Of a stretch of 64,000 nt of DNA, positions 9,503-18,939 are shown piece after piece (the stretch's first letter is position 1; every line of letters begins with the position of its first letter). The stretch comes from a bacterium. Its GTDB lineage: Bacteria > SAR324 > NAC60-12. Made by a program: the position numbers and the translations under genes. The notes under the pieces are model-generated. The model worked only from the letters and a program-made list of their open reading frames with translations, was not told the origin of the DNA and did not search any database. The stretch covers positions 128,001 to 192,000 of the forward strand of contig CBDDTI010000747.1 of NCBI GenBank assembly GCA_965233585.1, read 5' to 3'.

Positions 9503-10350
9503 GGTAAAAATTGTTTTAACCAAGACAGTCTTTTGCACGATGAAAATTTTTGATGTAAGGTAACCAAATCATCTAAAGTCTCCATGTCAAGTTTGTTGTC
9601 TAGGTAGTGAAGAGTTGTAGAAAGTTGATGTATAAACTGCTTAAAGGTGTCATGTTGTGAGTAAGCAACATTCTTAAAGACAAAGCACGGCAAAAATTGT
9701 TTTAACCAAGATAGCCTCTTGCATGATGAAAACTCTTGATGCAGGGCAATCAAATCATCTAAGGTATCCACATCAAGTTTGGTATCTAGGTAGTGAATGG
9801 GAGTTGTAGAGAGTTGATGCACAAGTTGCTTGAGAGTGTCATGTCGTGAATAGGTAACATTTTTAAAGACAAAGTCAGGTAAGTCTATCGCCCCCCCAAA
9901 CAAATAAAAACCACCATCTACACTTGCACCAATAACAATTTGCTTCGGATTTTGCTCAAGATGACGAGATGCCTCAAGCAATAAATCAGATTCTAATTGG
10001 GGACTGTCTGTCCCGATGATGATGACTGAATCGTAATTTTGTTTGAGATGAGAGTAAATACTGTGCAGTCTATCGCCCAGAGTCCCTTGACCTGTCCAAA
10101 TGACTTGAAAATCTTGTTCCCGGTGATTTTGCCAATATTTATGAGTGACGCCTTCTTCTTCTGCAACTGCAATGTATAAATCAATTTGTTCACTCTTTAT
10201 AGTTCCAACAGTCTGGCAGACCTGTCTTTGAGATTGATGATAGAAACACTCTGCCTGATCCTGACCAATACTTTGTGCAAGCCTCGTTTTGACTGGGGAA
10301 AGTCCAACTGTCTTAGCAAAAATGGCTATAGCACACTGAGTTCGAGACAT
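9499..10350 (-). CDS. DUF2064/TIGR04282-like (CofC-like) transferase with duplicated C-terminus
   Basis: IFAK...VKTRLA, QG.LGDRL, IIGTDSPQ, G.SVDGGFYL, DVDTLDDL motifs. Confidence 0.85.
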   Translation of the reverse strand: MSRTQCAIAIFAKTVGLSPVKTRLAQSIGQDQAECFYHQSQRQVCQTVGTIKSEQIDLYIAVAEEEGVTHKYWQNHREQDFQVIWTGQGTLGDRLHSIYSHLKQNYDSVIIIGTDSPQLESDLLLEASRHLEQNPKQIVIGASVDGGFYLFGGAIDLPDFVFKNVTYSRHDTLKQLVHQLSTTPIHYLDTKLDVDTLDDLIALHQEFSSCKRLSWLKQFLPCFVFKNVAYSQHDTFKQFIHQLSTTLHYLDNKLDMETLDDLVTLHQKFSSCKRLSWLKQFLP

Positions 10351-10530
10351 AGATTTGGGAAATCAGTTTGAAAAATAAGCTAACATAGACATCAGAGTCT
10401 CATCACACTACGAAAAGACAAAGTCTTAAAAACAGTCTTCAATTATATTGACCACCAGACTAAAAGTCAATCTAAAAATAACATTTAATTACATTTGCTG
10501 TCAAACCGAAAGCCGGTGTGAATGAAAAAA

Positions 10531-11274
10531 TCATCTCTTTTTTTGAAAAAGATAACGTTGCTTCCACCACAAGTACTGATGTTGTAAGGTGATTTTAAGC
10601 CAACCATAAGCCATATATTTTCTGGCACTGGTCAGTAGTGGAATAGGTATCTTATTAAAAGGAATTTTCAAAAATTTTGCTTGTAAGGTCAGTAGATGAT
10701 CTTCACCATAGAGGCAGTTGACTGGGTAACCTTGTAATCTTTCAAAAAGCTCACGATGCAAACAAAAACCTTGATCACCAAAAGGGGCATGAAAGAGTTT
10801 GGAGCGAACATTTGCTCCTAACGCGTTGAGTCTCATCAATTCTTGAACAAAACGTTCTTTCAAGCCAACCGACTGAAAAGGCATAAAGGCTAACTGAAAA
10901 TAATGAAAGTGTTTTGGATTCTTTTTTAGGGATTGAATCAGTTGAGACAACACATTCTCTGGCAAAAAGCTGTCAGCATGTAAGAACCACAAAAACGGAT
11001 ATTGAGCCAATTTTGCACCTGCATTTAAAGCTAATGCTCTTGGATTCAAGCCTGCCTGTGCTTCTGAACACTCAACATGAACCCATTTAACGCGATCGGA
11101 AGGCACTGAGCTTTGTTGTTTAATGAGGTTTTGGGGGCTGCACAAAAGGATTTCATAGAGGCAGTCGCTGCTGGAAAAATCAGACGTCAGGCTTTCGTAA
11201 TGTTGCTCAACTTGGTGAACCAACCTTTGCCAGTTTGGCTCATTGGGTGCCAGAGGAATGATGATGCTAATCAT
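10531..11274 (-). CDS. GT2 glycosyltransferase, TIGR04283-like
   Basis: ISIIIP, RALALNAGA, FLHADS, FGDQG, GED, TSARKY motifs. Confidence 0.85.
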   Translation of the reverse strand: MISIIIPLAPNEPNWQRLVHQVEQHYESLTSDFSSSDCLYEILLCSPQNLIKQQSSVPSDRVKWVHVECSEAQAGLNPRALALNAGAKLAQYPFLWFLHADSFLPENVLSQLIQSLKKNPKHFHYFQLAFMPFQSVGLKERFVQELMRLNALGANVRSKLFHAPFGDQGFCLHRELFERLQGYPVNCLYGEDHLLTLQAKFLKIPFNKIPIPLLTSARKYMAYGWLKITLQHQYLWWKQRYLFQKKR

Positions 11275-12110
11275 TTCATCAAAACTTCAAGCATTGCCTG
11301 TTTTTGTGGTGGAATGGCATTTTGAGGGGTGAGCAGTGCATTGCATAAAGACATTCTTTGGGTGTCGTCAATGGGGGGCAAATCCTGCTGGAGCAACTGG
11401 CATAACAAAGATTTGGCTTTTTCTACACTTTGCCCATATCGCTGAATCACATCGGAGACATTGACGTGTTGGTCGGGGTTGTCCTTCCAACAATCATAAT
11501 CAGTCACAATCGCAATCGTGGCATAATTGATCTGCGCTTCTTTGGCTAAAAAGACTTCAGGGACATTCGTCATACCTACCAAATCACAGCCTGCAGTTCT
11601 TAAAAAATGGCTTTCTGCTTGAGTCCCTAATCTTGGTCCGTCAACGCAAGCGTAAGTTTTGTTAGTGTGCATGGTGAGCTTCATCGCTTGTGCTTGGGTT
11701 GCAATCCACTCGGTCAAAAGTTCGCAAGTAGGTTTTGCAGTAGAAACGTGAGCGGCAAGTCCTTCGCCAAAAAAAGTCTTTTCACGATGTCCTTTCACGA
11801 AGTCAAAATATTGACTGGGAATCACAAAATCGCCGGGGTGGATGTCCTCTCGCAAAGAACCCACTGCTGAAAGACCAATGATTTGCTTCACTCCCAATGA
11901 CTTTAGGGCATAAATGTTTGCCCTGTAATTGATTTCATGTGGTAAAAACTGATGATTTTGCCCGTGCCTTGCCAAAAAAAATAAAGACTTCTCTTGATAA
12001 GTTGCTTGAATCACTTCAGCTTGACCAAAAGGAGTCTGAATTTGTTTGACTTGGTCAATATGTAAATTTTCCAGCTGATAAATTCCTGTTCCACCAATAA
12101 TTGCTAGCAT
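11271..12110 (-). CDS. mtnP: MTA phosphorylase-family purine nucleoside phosphorylase
   Basis: IIGGTG, LARHG..H...PH.INYRAN, SAVGSL, DGPRLGT.AE, VGMT..PE, VTDYDCW. Confidence 0.9.
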   Translation of the reverse strand: MLAIIGGTGIYQLENLHIDQVKQIQTPFGQAEVIQATYQEKSLFFLARHGQNHQFLPHEINYRANIYALKSLGVKQIIGLSAVGSLREDIHPGDFVIPSQYFDFVKGHREKTFFGEGLAAHVSTAKPTCELLTEWIATQAQAMKLTMHTNKTYACVDGPRLGTQAESHFLRTAGCDLVGMTNVPEVFLAKEAQINYATIAIVTDYDCWKDNPDQHVNVSDVIQRYGQSVEKAKSLLCQLLQQDLPPIDDTQRMSLCNALLTPQNAIPPQKQAMLEVLMK

Positions 12111-12117
12111 CGTTTGT

Positions 12118-12927
12118 TTATTTTTGAGGATTAGTCCAAGGTATCCATAGTAAATTCCACAGATTCGTTTTGTCAAAGTTTTTGTATTCGTTTAAACCCA
12201 GAACCATTTTTTCCTGCTCATATTTAGGATGGGCAGTGTAAGTCCCGAACAACTTATCCCAACATGCCAAATGAAACCCAAAGTTGCTATGATGTTCTTT
12301 GGCAATCACAGAATGATGAATGCGGTGCATGTCTGGAGTGACGAATAGGTAATGCAAAACTTGGTTAAGTTTTGGAGACAATTTGATATTGGAGTGGGTG
12401 AACATTGCCATTACATTCAATACAATCTCAAAAAGAAGCACGGCTTCAAAAGGGATTCCAAAGACAATCACAATCAATGCTTTCAAAAGTACAGACAACA
12501 GAATTTCCAGAGGGTGAAACCTGATCCCTGATGAGACATCTAAATCGTGGTCAATGTGATGTACTTTATGAAGACGCCAAAGTGCAGGGACCCAATGAAA
12601 GACGACATGTTGTAGATAAATGAAAAAATCTAGCAGAATGATGCTCACGGCAACAGTAGTCCAGTAAAGCCATGGCGTGTTAATTTCAAGAAGGTTGAAA
12701 AGCCCCCAGCTTTTTTGTTGAGCTAAAATGGCAACTCCTCCAACACTAAATGGTAGCAGATACTTTACAAGCAGTTGGCTAATAAAAAGCAGACCAAAAT
12801 TTCTAACATACCTAAAATTTTGCGGATAATTCCATTTTCTTTTGGGAACCCACCTTTCCAAAAAAAATAAAATCCCCAATGTACCTAAAAAGATAGCAAT
12901 ACGCCATAAGCTACTGTCGTTCATCAT
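12118..12927 (-). CDS. Sterol desaturase/fatty acid hydroxylase family membrane protein
   Basis: His boxes HVVFH, HKVHH, RFHP, HRIHH; several TM segments. Confidence 0.88.
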   Translation of the reverse strand: MMNDSSLWRIAIFLGTLGILFFLERWVPKRKWNYPQNFRYVRNFGLLFISQLLVKYLLPFSVGGVAILAQQKSWGLFNLLEINTPWLYWTTVAVSIILLDFFIYLQHVVFHWVPALWRLHKVHHIDHDLDVSSGIRFHPLEILLSVLLKALIVIVFGIPFEAVLLFEIVLNVMAMFTHSNIKLSPKLNQVLHYLFVTPDMHRIHHSVIAKEHHSNFGFHLACWDKLFGTYTAHPKYEQEKMVLGLNEYKNFDKTNLWNLLWIPWTNPQK

Positions 12928-13002
12928 TTCTTAATTATATTGGATTGTTAAATGATTAGGTGATAGTTGATGGTTTCTTTTTTAAGAAATAGATACAATT
13001 TT

Positions 13003-13956
13003 TTAGTCTAAACTACCACTGCAAGAACTTCCAGCTCCTGCAGTGCAACCATAGCAGTGACTTCCCAACGCGATCCCTTGACTTAAATCTGAAAAATCAT
13101 TGATGCCCCAAATGGTTGTTGGTTTAGAGTCAATTGGTATTTCTAACATTTGATTGAAATCACAATCATAAATCTGTCCATCCCAACTGATAGACACTAA
13201 ATTAGTACACATGACATTGTGAGCAACATCTGGGTTAAAGTTGTTGGTGAGTAACTCCATATACTCTTGAAACTTTCCTTTCCTTTGAAGCCACCACAAG
13301 TACCTTTTAATCGGCATATTGGTTATGGTAAATAACTGATTGAACACGATGCCAAAATGTTTTTGTAAATGCTCTTTATATGCTTCTTCCAACGCTTTTT
13401 GGTCACCGGGCAAGACATTGCTGGTTGGATTGTAAACCAAATTTAAATTTAGACCTTTTTGACGTCCGTATCCTAGTTGATTGAGTTGTTGCAAAGACAA
13501 AATGCTTTTATTAAAAACGCCTCTGCCTCGTTGTGAGTCCACATTATCTTCCAAATAACAAGGGAGAGATGCCACAATTTGCACCTGATGGTCTCTCAAG
13601 AAAACGGCTGTGTCTTCATACCCTTTCTCCTGCAAAATCGTCAAATTACAGCGATCTATCACCTCTTTCTTCATCTGCCTTAGCTCCTTGACAAAATAGA
13701 CAAAATGAGGGTTCATCTCAGGAGCGCCACCAGTGATGTCAATCGTCTTGACAGATGGTGCATGTTCCAGCAATTCTAACAAGCGATTGACCGTTGTCAA
13801 AGTCATGTTTTCTGTTCGTATCGGGCTAGATTCCACATGACAATGCGAACATGCCTGATTGCAACGTTTACCAATATTAACTTGCAATGTTGTGATTATT
13901 TTTCTCTGCAACGTAATACGATGTTCTTGTAATTTTTTAGCGAATGGTGTGAACAT
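13003..13956 (-). CDS. arsS: Arsenosugar biosynthesis radical SAM protein (DUF3641 Cys-rich C-terminus)
   Basis: TLQVNIGKRCNQACSHCHV (CxxxCxxC), DITGGAPE, ASLPCY, YDCDFNQ, HCYGCTAGAGSSC. Confidence 0.9.
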   Translation of the reverse strand: MFTPFAKKLQEHRITLQRKIITTLQVNIGKRCNQACSHCHVESSPIRTENMTLTTVNRLLELLEHAPSVKTIDITGGAPEMNPHFVYFVKELRQMKKEVIDRCNLTILQEKGYEDTAVFLRDHQVQIVASLPCYLEDNVDSQRGRGVFNKSILSLQQLNQLGYGRQKGLNLNLVYNPTSNVLPGDQKALEEAYKEHLQKHFGIVFNQLFTITNMPIKRYLWWLQRKGKFQEYMELLTNNFNPDVAHNVMCTNLVSISWDGQIYDCDFNQMLEIPIDSKPTTIWGINDFSDLSQGIALGSHCYGCTAGAGSSCSGSLD

Positions 13957-14056
13957 AGGAGACCTAAATCATAATATTTACTTAAATTCCCCACATTGTA
14001 ACATATAAGATAAAATTTTGACTAAAAAATCCTATCTTATAAAAAAATTGGCATTG

Positions 14057-14739
14057 TTAAGTAATAAGTGATAGCTGATTATTCCGTTTTGCCATGAACA
14101 AAAGAACAGAATATTGTAATGCTTTAAGAGACTTGCTGTAACATTTGGTTTTCCTTCTCATTCTTGCCAAGAAATGTCTCAAGAGAGAATTATACCCTTC
14201 TATCGTGTATGTTTCTGCCTTGGAACATGTATGAATTTCTTTGGGAATGACTTGTTTGTAAGCCTTGCAGTGATCAGTCATCACCTGAAGAGGTTTTGTT
14301 TCCTTGACCTTGTCCCATAAATGCCTACAGGCTTTTGAGTCTCTGTTTCCAAGCACATAATTGATAAATTGCTTCCCACGTCTATCAACAGCAATCCAGA
14401 GCCAGCAGTAGTTTTTTTTGACTGGATGTAGGTGTGCATTTCATCAATTTCCATAATTTCAATGTCTGTGTCCTTTCTTAATGCCTTGAGCTGTTCGCCA
14501 AAACTACAGACCCAATTATAAACTGAAACATGAGAACAATTCAGCAAACGACCGATTGACCTGAAACCAAGACCCTCCAAATACAACTCTAATGCTCTTC
14601 TTTTGATCTGTGGTGAGATTTGACCACGATAGGACTTGGTATATTGATAGTTGCAGGCATTGCAACGCCTCCTCGGTTTACCATATAAGAAACCATTCTT
14701 AACCGTCTTCTCACTTTCACATCTAGGACACGACTTCAT
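14057..14739 (-). CDS. IS1 transposase InsAB, -1 programmed frameshift
   Basis: InsA Zn ribbon (CPRC...CNAC), HTH, EIDEMHTY; A8C slippery run at 14411-14420; InsB in the -1 frame (TDH, IEGYN..RH.LAR). Confidence 0.88.
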
Positions 14740-14775
14740 TGCTACACCATGACTATCAATTCAATTAAATGAACT

Positions 14776-15535
14776 GGCATTGTTAAGTAATAAGTGATAG
14801 CTGATTATTCCGTTTTGCCATGAACAAAAGAACAGAATATTGTAATGCTTTAAGAGACTTGCTGTAACATTTGGTTTTCCTTCTCATTCTTGCCAAGAAA
14901 TGTCTCAAGAGAGAATTATACCCTTCTATCGTGTATGTTTCTGCCTTGGAACATGTATGAATTTCTTTGGGAATGACTTGTTTGTAAGCCTTGCAGTGAT
15001 CAGTCATCACCTGAAGAGGTTTTGTTTCCTTGACCTTGTCCCATAAATGCCTACAGGCTTTTGAGTCTCTGTTTCCAAGCACACAATTGATAAATTGCTT
15101 CCCACATCTATCAACAGCAATCCAGAGCCAGCAGTAGTTTTTTTTGACTGGATGTAGGTGTGCATTTCATCAATTTCCATAATTTCAATGTCTGTGTCCT
15201 TTCTTAATGCCTTGAGCTGTTCGCCAAAACTACAGACCCAATTATAAACTGAAACATGAGAACAATTCAGCAAACGACCGATTGACCTGAAACCAAGACC
15301 CTCCAAATACAACTCTAATGCTCTTCTTTTGATCTGTGGTGAGATTTGACCACGATAGGACTTGGTATATTGATAGTTGCAGGCATTGCAACGCCTCCTC
15401 GGTTTACCATATAAGAAACCATTCTTAACCGTCTTCTCACTTTCACATCTAGGACACAACTTCATTGCTACACCATGACTATCAATTCAATTAAATGAAC
15501 TTAATATCGCATATCACTTATAGTTTAACAATACC
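14776..15535 (-). mobile_element. IS1-family element (inner copy, 760 bp)
   Basis: Same IRs; 8-bp target duplication AATGAACT at 14768-14775 and 15536-15543. Confidence 0.92.
14783..15465 (-). CDS. IS1 transposase InsAB, -1 programmed frameshift (second copy)
   Basis: Near-identical to 14057-14739; slippery run at 15137-15146. Confidence 0.88.
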
Positions 15536-15711
15536 AATGAACTTAATATCGCATATCACTTATAGTTTAACAATACCAAAAAATTTAATTTGAGGATACT
15601 TAACTCAAAGTTATACTAAGATAAAAAATGGTTTGCAATAGCTGAATTTGTAAAGATTTTTTCAATTTCATTTGAAAACTATGCTAGCTGAAAATTGCAT
15701 TTTAAACTAAT

Positions 15712-17043
15712 TTAGTGGAGAGATTGAATGGGAAATGGAATTTGAACATAAAGGGTATTGGATTGCCTGAAAACTTTACAATTTTGTAGTCTCATCAACT
15801 GCATGAAAAATGTGGAAGCTGCTAAAAAAAATTCGGAACGTTTAAAAGGTTCTTGTCCAAATTTTTTGCACAATTCTTTTCCTGATTCAAAAGACTGCGC
15901 AAGATGTGTGAGTTCTTCCAAAGTATAGAAGTGTTTGGGATGAGACAGGCTTAAAAAAAGATTGGCAAACTCCTGCTGAATTTGCAGTCCCCAGTGGATC
16001 TCTGACTTTTCTGTGGCAAGTTCAATTAGCGAAAAAATCCATGTAATAAAAAGGTGGTGCATAATTTTAGCATCTCCGACAATCTCTTCTTGCTTTAACA
16101 ATTCTTGGTCTAAAATCAAAGAAAGTTTTTGCTGCCTTGCATAATTTCCTAGCACTGCATGGCATTCAAACATTAATTCTTTGACATTAAAGGTTTGATA
16201 ATTCCATTTGAGCAAGTTGTTTTGTTCAAAAACCCGCAAAACACACTCATTTGTCCAAGATTGAAGCAATAGCAAATAGAGATCTGAGAACATGTTGACC
16301 ATGACTTGATAATCTTCACCAGAATTGATGAGTTCTTTGACACGGTGAATTAACCTTCCAATCATGCGGTCTGTTGGTAAATATTCTGCTCTAAAATAAT
16401 AGCAATGCTGTTCTTCTGACTGACAACGCTTGACCAATTCTTCATTAGTTCTTCTTAGTCTTGTCAATTCACTCCTAAATTGATTGAGAGGCTCAAAGCA
16501 TGCTGGAAGCTCCACCTTAGCATCTCCAAAAAAGCGATTTAAAGCATCAATATTTTGTGGCTCACCATATCGCAACATTTTATTCAATCGCCAACAATAC
16601 AAGCCAAATAAAACAAACGATGCCACTTGCAATAACTTGGTGACGTTAGACGCACTGATGACTGCTTGAGTGGCATAAATCTCCCAACTGAAATCAAGAG
16701 TCCCCCTATTAGAATCAAAAAAAGTTTTACTCCCCTGACCCAATACCTTGCTGACTGTCCCTGCTTTCCAGACTTTTTGATCTTGCTTTAAAGCCACTTG
16801 CAGACCATCAATTCCAAGCTGCTCAATGAGAGTATTCAGATTTTCCATCATGCGAGATTTTAAATTCCCTTGAAGGTTCATCGTTTGAATTTTGTCAATC
16901 ATTTTGAGGTTGATGTCTTGGACAGACCTCTGACGTCCAGTCTCATAGGTCAAATGTACTATGTCAGAGATGAAAAGATGAAACACCACCAAAAGGACTA
17001 AACAACCGATGAAAGTGAAAGTTTTATTTGAGGTGTGACTCAT
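15712..17043 (-). CDS. Membrane protein with sensor-kinase-like architecture and degenerate HATPase-like region
   Basis: Two TM segments, coiled coil, then FNVKEL...A..QKL.L...IVGDAKIMHHL resembling kinase sequence; no clear H, N or G boxes. Confidence 0.5.
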   Translation of the reverse strand: MSHTSNKTFTFIGCLVLLVVFHLFISDIVHLTYETGRQRSVQDINLKMIDKIQTMNLQGNLKSRMMENLNTLIEQLGIDGLQVALKQDQKVWKAGTVSKVLGQGSKTFFDSNRGTLDFSWEIYATQAVISASNVTKLLQVASFVLFGLYCWRLNKMLRYGEPQNIDALNRFFGDAKVELPACFEPLNQFRSELTRLRRTNEELVKRCQSEEQHCYYFRAEYLPTDRMIGRLIHRVKELINSGEDYQVMVNMFSDLYLLLLQSWTNECVLRVFEQNNLLKWNYQTFNVKELMFECHAVLGNYARQQKLSLILDQELLKQEEIVGDAKIMHHLFITWIFSLIELATEKSEIHWGLQIQQEFANLFLSLSHPKHFYTLEELTHLAQSFESGKELCKKFGQEPFKRSEFFLAASTFFMQLMRLQNCKVFRQSNTLYVQIPFPIQSLH

Positions 17044-17576
17044 TTGAATGATGGAATTGCTTTTTGAATTTGCAGAGTCAGAACAGAGGCAATGCCTGCT
17101 TTGATAAGGTCTCCTGGGATATAGACTAAAGCAATCATCAATGCCTCAAACAATGTCCTGTCCATCTTCCATGCCATCCATGGAACACCAAACAAGTATA
17201 AGACAAAGATACCTCCAATAGTGCTACATGCAAATAAACAAAAGAAGTTTTGTGGGTTTTTTAAAGATTCACAAAGAAACCCTATCATAAAAGATGCGAT
17301 AGAAAAGCCTAAAAAAAATCCTCCTGAAGGTGATGTGATGACTGCTAAACCTCCTCGCCCCCCTGAAAGCAATGGTAAACCTGCAGCCACCAATAAGCAA
17401 AATAATGCGATGGATAAAAAGCCCAAACGTTTTCCAAGTAAAAGACCTGACAACATCACACCCAAGGTTTGTGCAGTGATAGGAACACCTATTGGGAGGG
17501 GTATAGCGGGAATTAAACCCAAAACAGCAGTCAATGCGGCAAAACAAGAAATATAGACGATGTGTAATGTTTTCAT
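17040..17576 (-). CDS. bioY: Biotin ECF transporter S component
   Basis: VPITAQTLGV, GLPLLSGGRGG, GGFFLGF, PGDLIK. Confidence 0.92.
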   Translation of the reverse strand: MKTLHIVYISCFAALTAVLGLIPAIPLPIGVPITAQTLGVMLSGLLLGKRLGFLSIALFCLLVAAGLPLLSGGRGGLAVITSPSGGFFLGFSIASFMIGFLCESLKNPQNFFCLFACSTIGGIFVLYLFGVPWMAWKMDRTLFEALMIALVYIPGDLIKAGIASVLTLQIQKAIPSFK

Positions 17577-18208
17577 GATGCAAAACCTCTTGCGTCAAGG
17601 GCATTTGATAAATCTTGTGCCATTTTTAAAATAGCCACAATCCAAGCAACAAAAATAAAGAAATGAAAACCTTGCATTCCTCTTGATTCAGCACTCTCTT
17701 TGAGTGCCTCAAACATAGCCAATCCACAAGGAATGAGACGCAAGACTAATGCACAACAAAACGCTACTTTTTGATGAGAAACACCCAAAGGACTTAATAA
17801 TTTAGCGGGGTATTCAAAAACTCTGATCATTTCAGAAAAGGGCGTAATGTACGTCACCCATGCAGAGATCATAATCAACAGCGCCAAGCGAGTTGACGTA
17901 AAAAGCCCGTATTGGAAGCCACCGAACAATGATTCCATGACCACCAATAAAATGACCCAAAAAGCGATGAGTTTGACAACTTGTAAGGTCTGTTGACATG
18001 GAATATGAGCATAGCAGAACAGTGAAAACACAACCACTACACTCCCTAACATGAGGTAGAACTCCCACGCAAAAATGCCTGCGCTAGAGTTGTATTCTAA
18101 TAGTCCATAAAATAACATGCTTGCCAATAAGAAGAGCATTTTGCATTCAGTATTGACAAATCGCAAGGCTGTCTTTTGACCGTATGTTGCCCCTAAATTT
18201 ATTGCCAT
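17573..18208 (-). CDS. ECF transporter T component (BioN/CbiQ-like)
   Basis: Hydrophobic; LRLIP, SRG and ARG motifs; lies between bioY and the ATPase. Confidence 0.85.
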   Translation of the reverse strand: MAINLGATYGQKTALRFVNTECKMLFLLASMLFYGLLEYNSSAGIFAWEFYLMLGSVVVVFSLFCYAHIPCQQTLQVVKLIAFWVILLVVMESLFGGFQYGLFTSTRLALLIMISAWVTYITPFSEMIRVFEYPAKLLSPLGVSHQKVAFCCALVLRLIPCGLAMFEALKESAESRGMQGFHFFIFVAWIVAILKMAQDLSNALDARGFAS

Positions 18209-18876
18209 GCCAACTGCTGATAAGTCTTAAAGGCATCTTTCGGGAGTCCTTCAAAAATGAGCTGACCTTCATGTAAAACAAGAGCATGCTCAAAATCTGC
18301 CACATCTTCCAAACGATGCGTTGTAACAATCATCATTTGTTCTAATTTTTGCATGATATTCTTCCACTCACACTGCCTTTTTAAATCCAAAAAACACATC
18401 GGTTCGTCAAAAACTAAAACAGTGGGATTCATTACCAAAATAGACAACAAGGTCAGTAATTTCTTTTCCCCACCACTTAATTCATAACAGTTTTTTTTTC
18501 TGAAGGCTTCCCACTTAAAATGCTCAAGAATACCTGTGGTTTTTTGCTCAATCACACCTGAGTCATATTTTTGATTTTTGAGTCCAAAGCCCAATTCTTC
18601 TTCAACAGTTGGAAAGATGATTTGGTGTTCAGGGTTTTGAAAAATCAAACCGACTTGTTCTCTAACTTGTTTGGTATTTTGGATTGTACAATGCTGATTG
18701 ACTAAAATTTGACCTAAAGAAGGAGCAATTAATCCGTTGAGAGTTTTGAGCAAAGTCGTTTTACCCGACCCATTCAAACCAAAAATTGCAACTCTGTGGT
18801 GAGACAACTCAAAAGATAGTTGATTCAGAATCGTCTGACTCTGGAAAGAGACAGAAACATTTTGAAATTGAATCAT
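18199..18876 (-). CDS. ECF transporter ATPase (BioM/CbiO-like)
   Basis: GLNGSGKT, FQNPEHQ, LSGGEK, VFDEP; start could be 18894. Confidence 0.88.
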   Translation of the reverse strand: MIQFQNVSVSFQSQTILNQLSFELSHHRVAIFGLNGSGKTTLLKTLNGLIAPSLGQILVNQHCTIQNTKQVREQVGLIFQNPEHQIIFPTVEEELGFGLKNQKYDSGVIEQKTTGILEHFKWEAFRKKNCYELSGGEKKLLTLLSILVMNPTVLVFDEPMCFLDLKRQCEWKNIMQKLEQMMIVTTHRLEDVADFEHALVLHEGQLIFEGLPKDAFKTYQQLAWQ

Positions 18877-18939
18877 TTTGAAAGGCGTGAGCATAGCCCG
18901 CTAGAAAGGCAGGCTATTTTGAATCCGATAGGAGAGCGA

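Larger units (their letters stand above)
14050..15577 (-). mobile_element. IS1-family element (outer copy, 760 bp) interrupted by a near-identical copy
   Basis: IRs GGCATTGTTAAGTAATAAGTGATA / GGTATTGTTAAACTATAAGTGATA; 8-bp target duplication AAAAAATT at 14042-14049 and 15578-15585. Confidence 0.92.

Noticed and set aside
9502..9874. Duplicated gene ends (here and in manC) as DGR template/variable repeats
   Set aside because: Differences are not adenine-specific, many are synonymous, and no reverse transcriptase is present.
13003..13060. Selenocysteine in the ArsS C-terminus
   Set aside because: The GSSC position is a normal Cys codon and the ORF ends at TAA.
14050..15577. Composite transposon carrying the ars cluster, or a simple tandem IS dimer
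   Set aside because: Both target duplications show a self-nested insertion with no passenger DNA.
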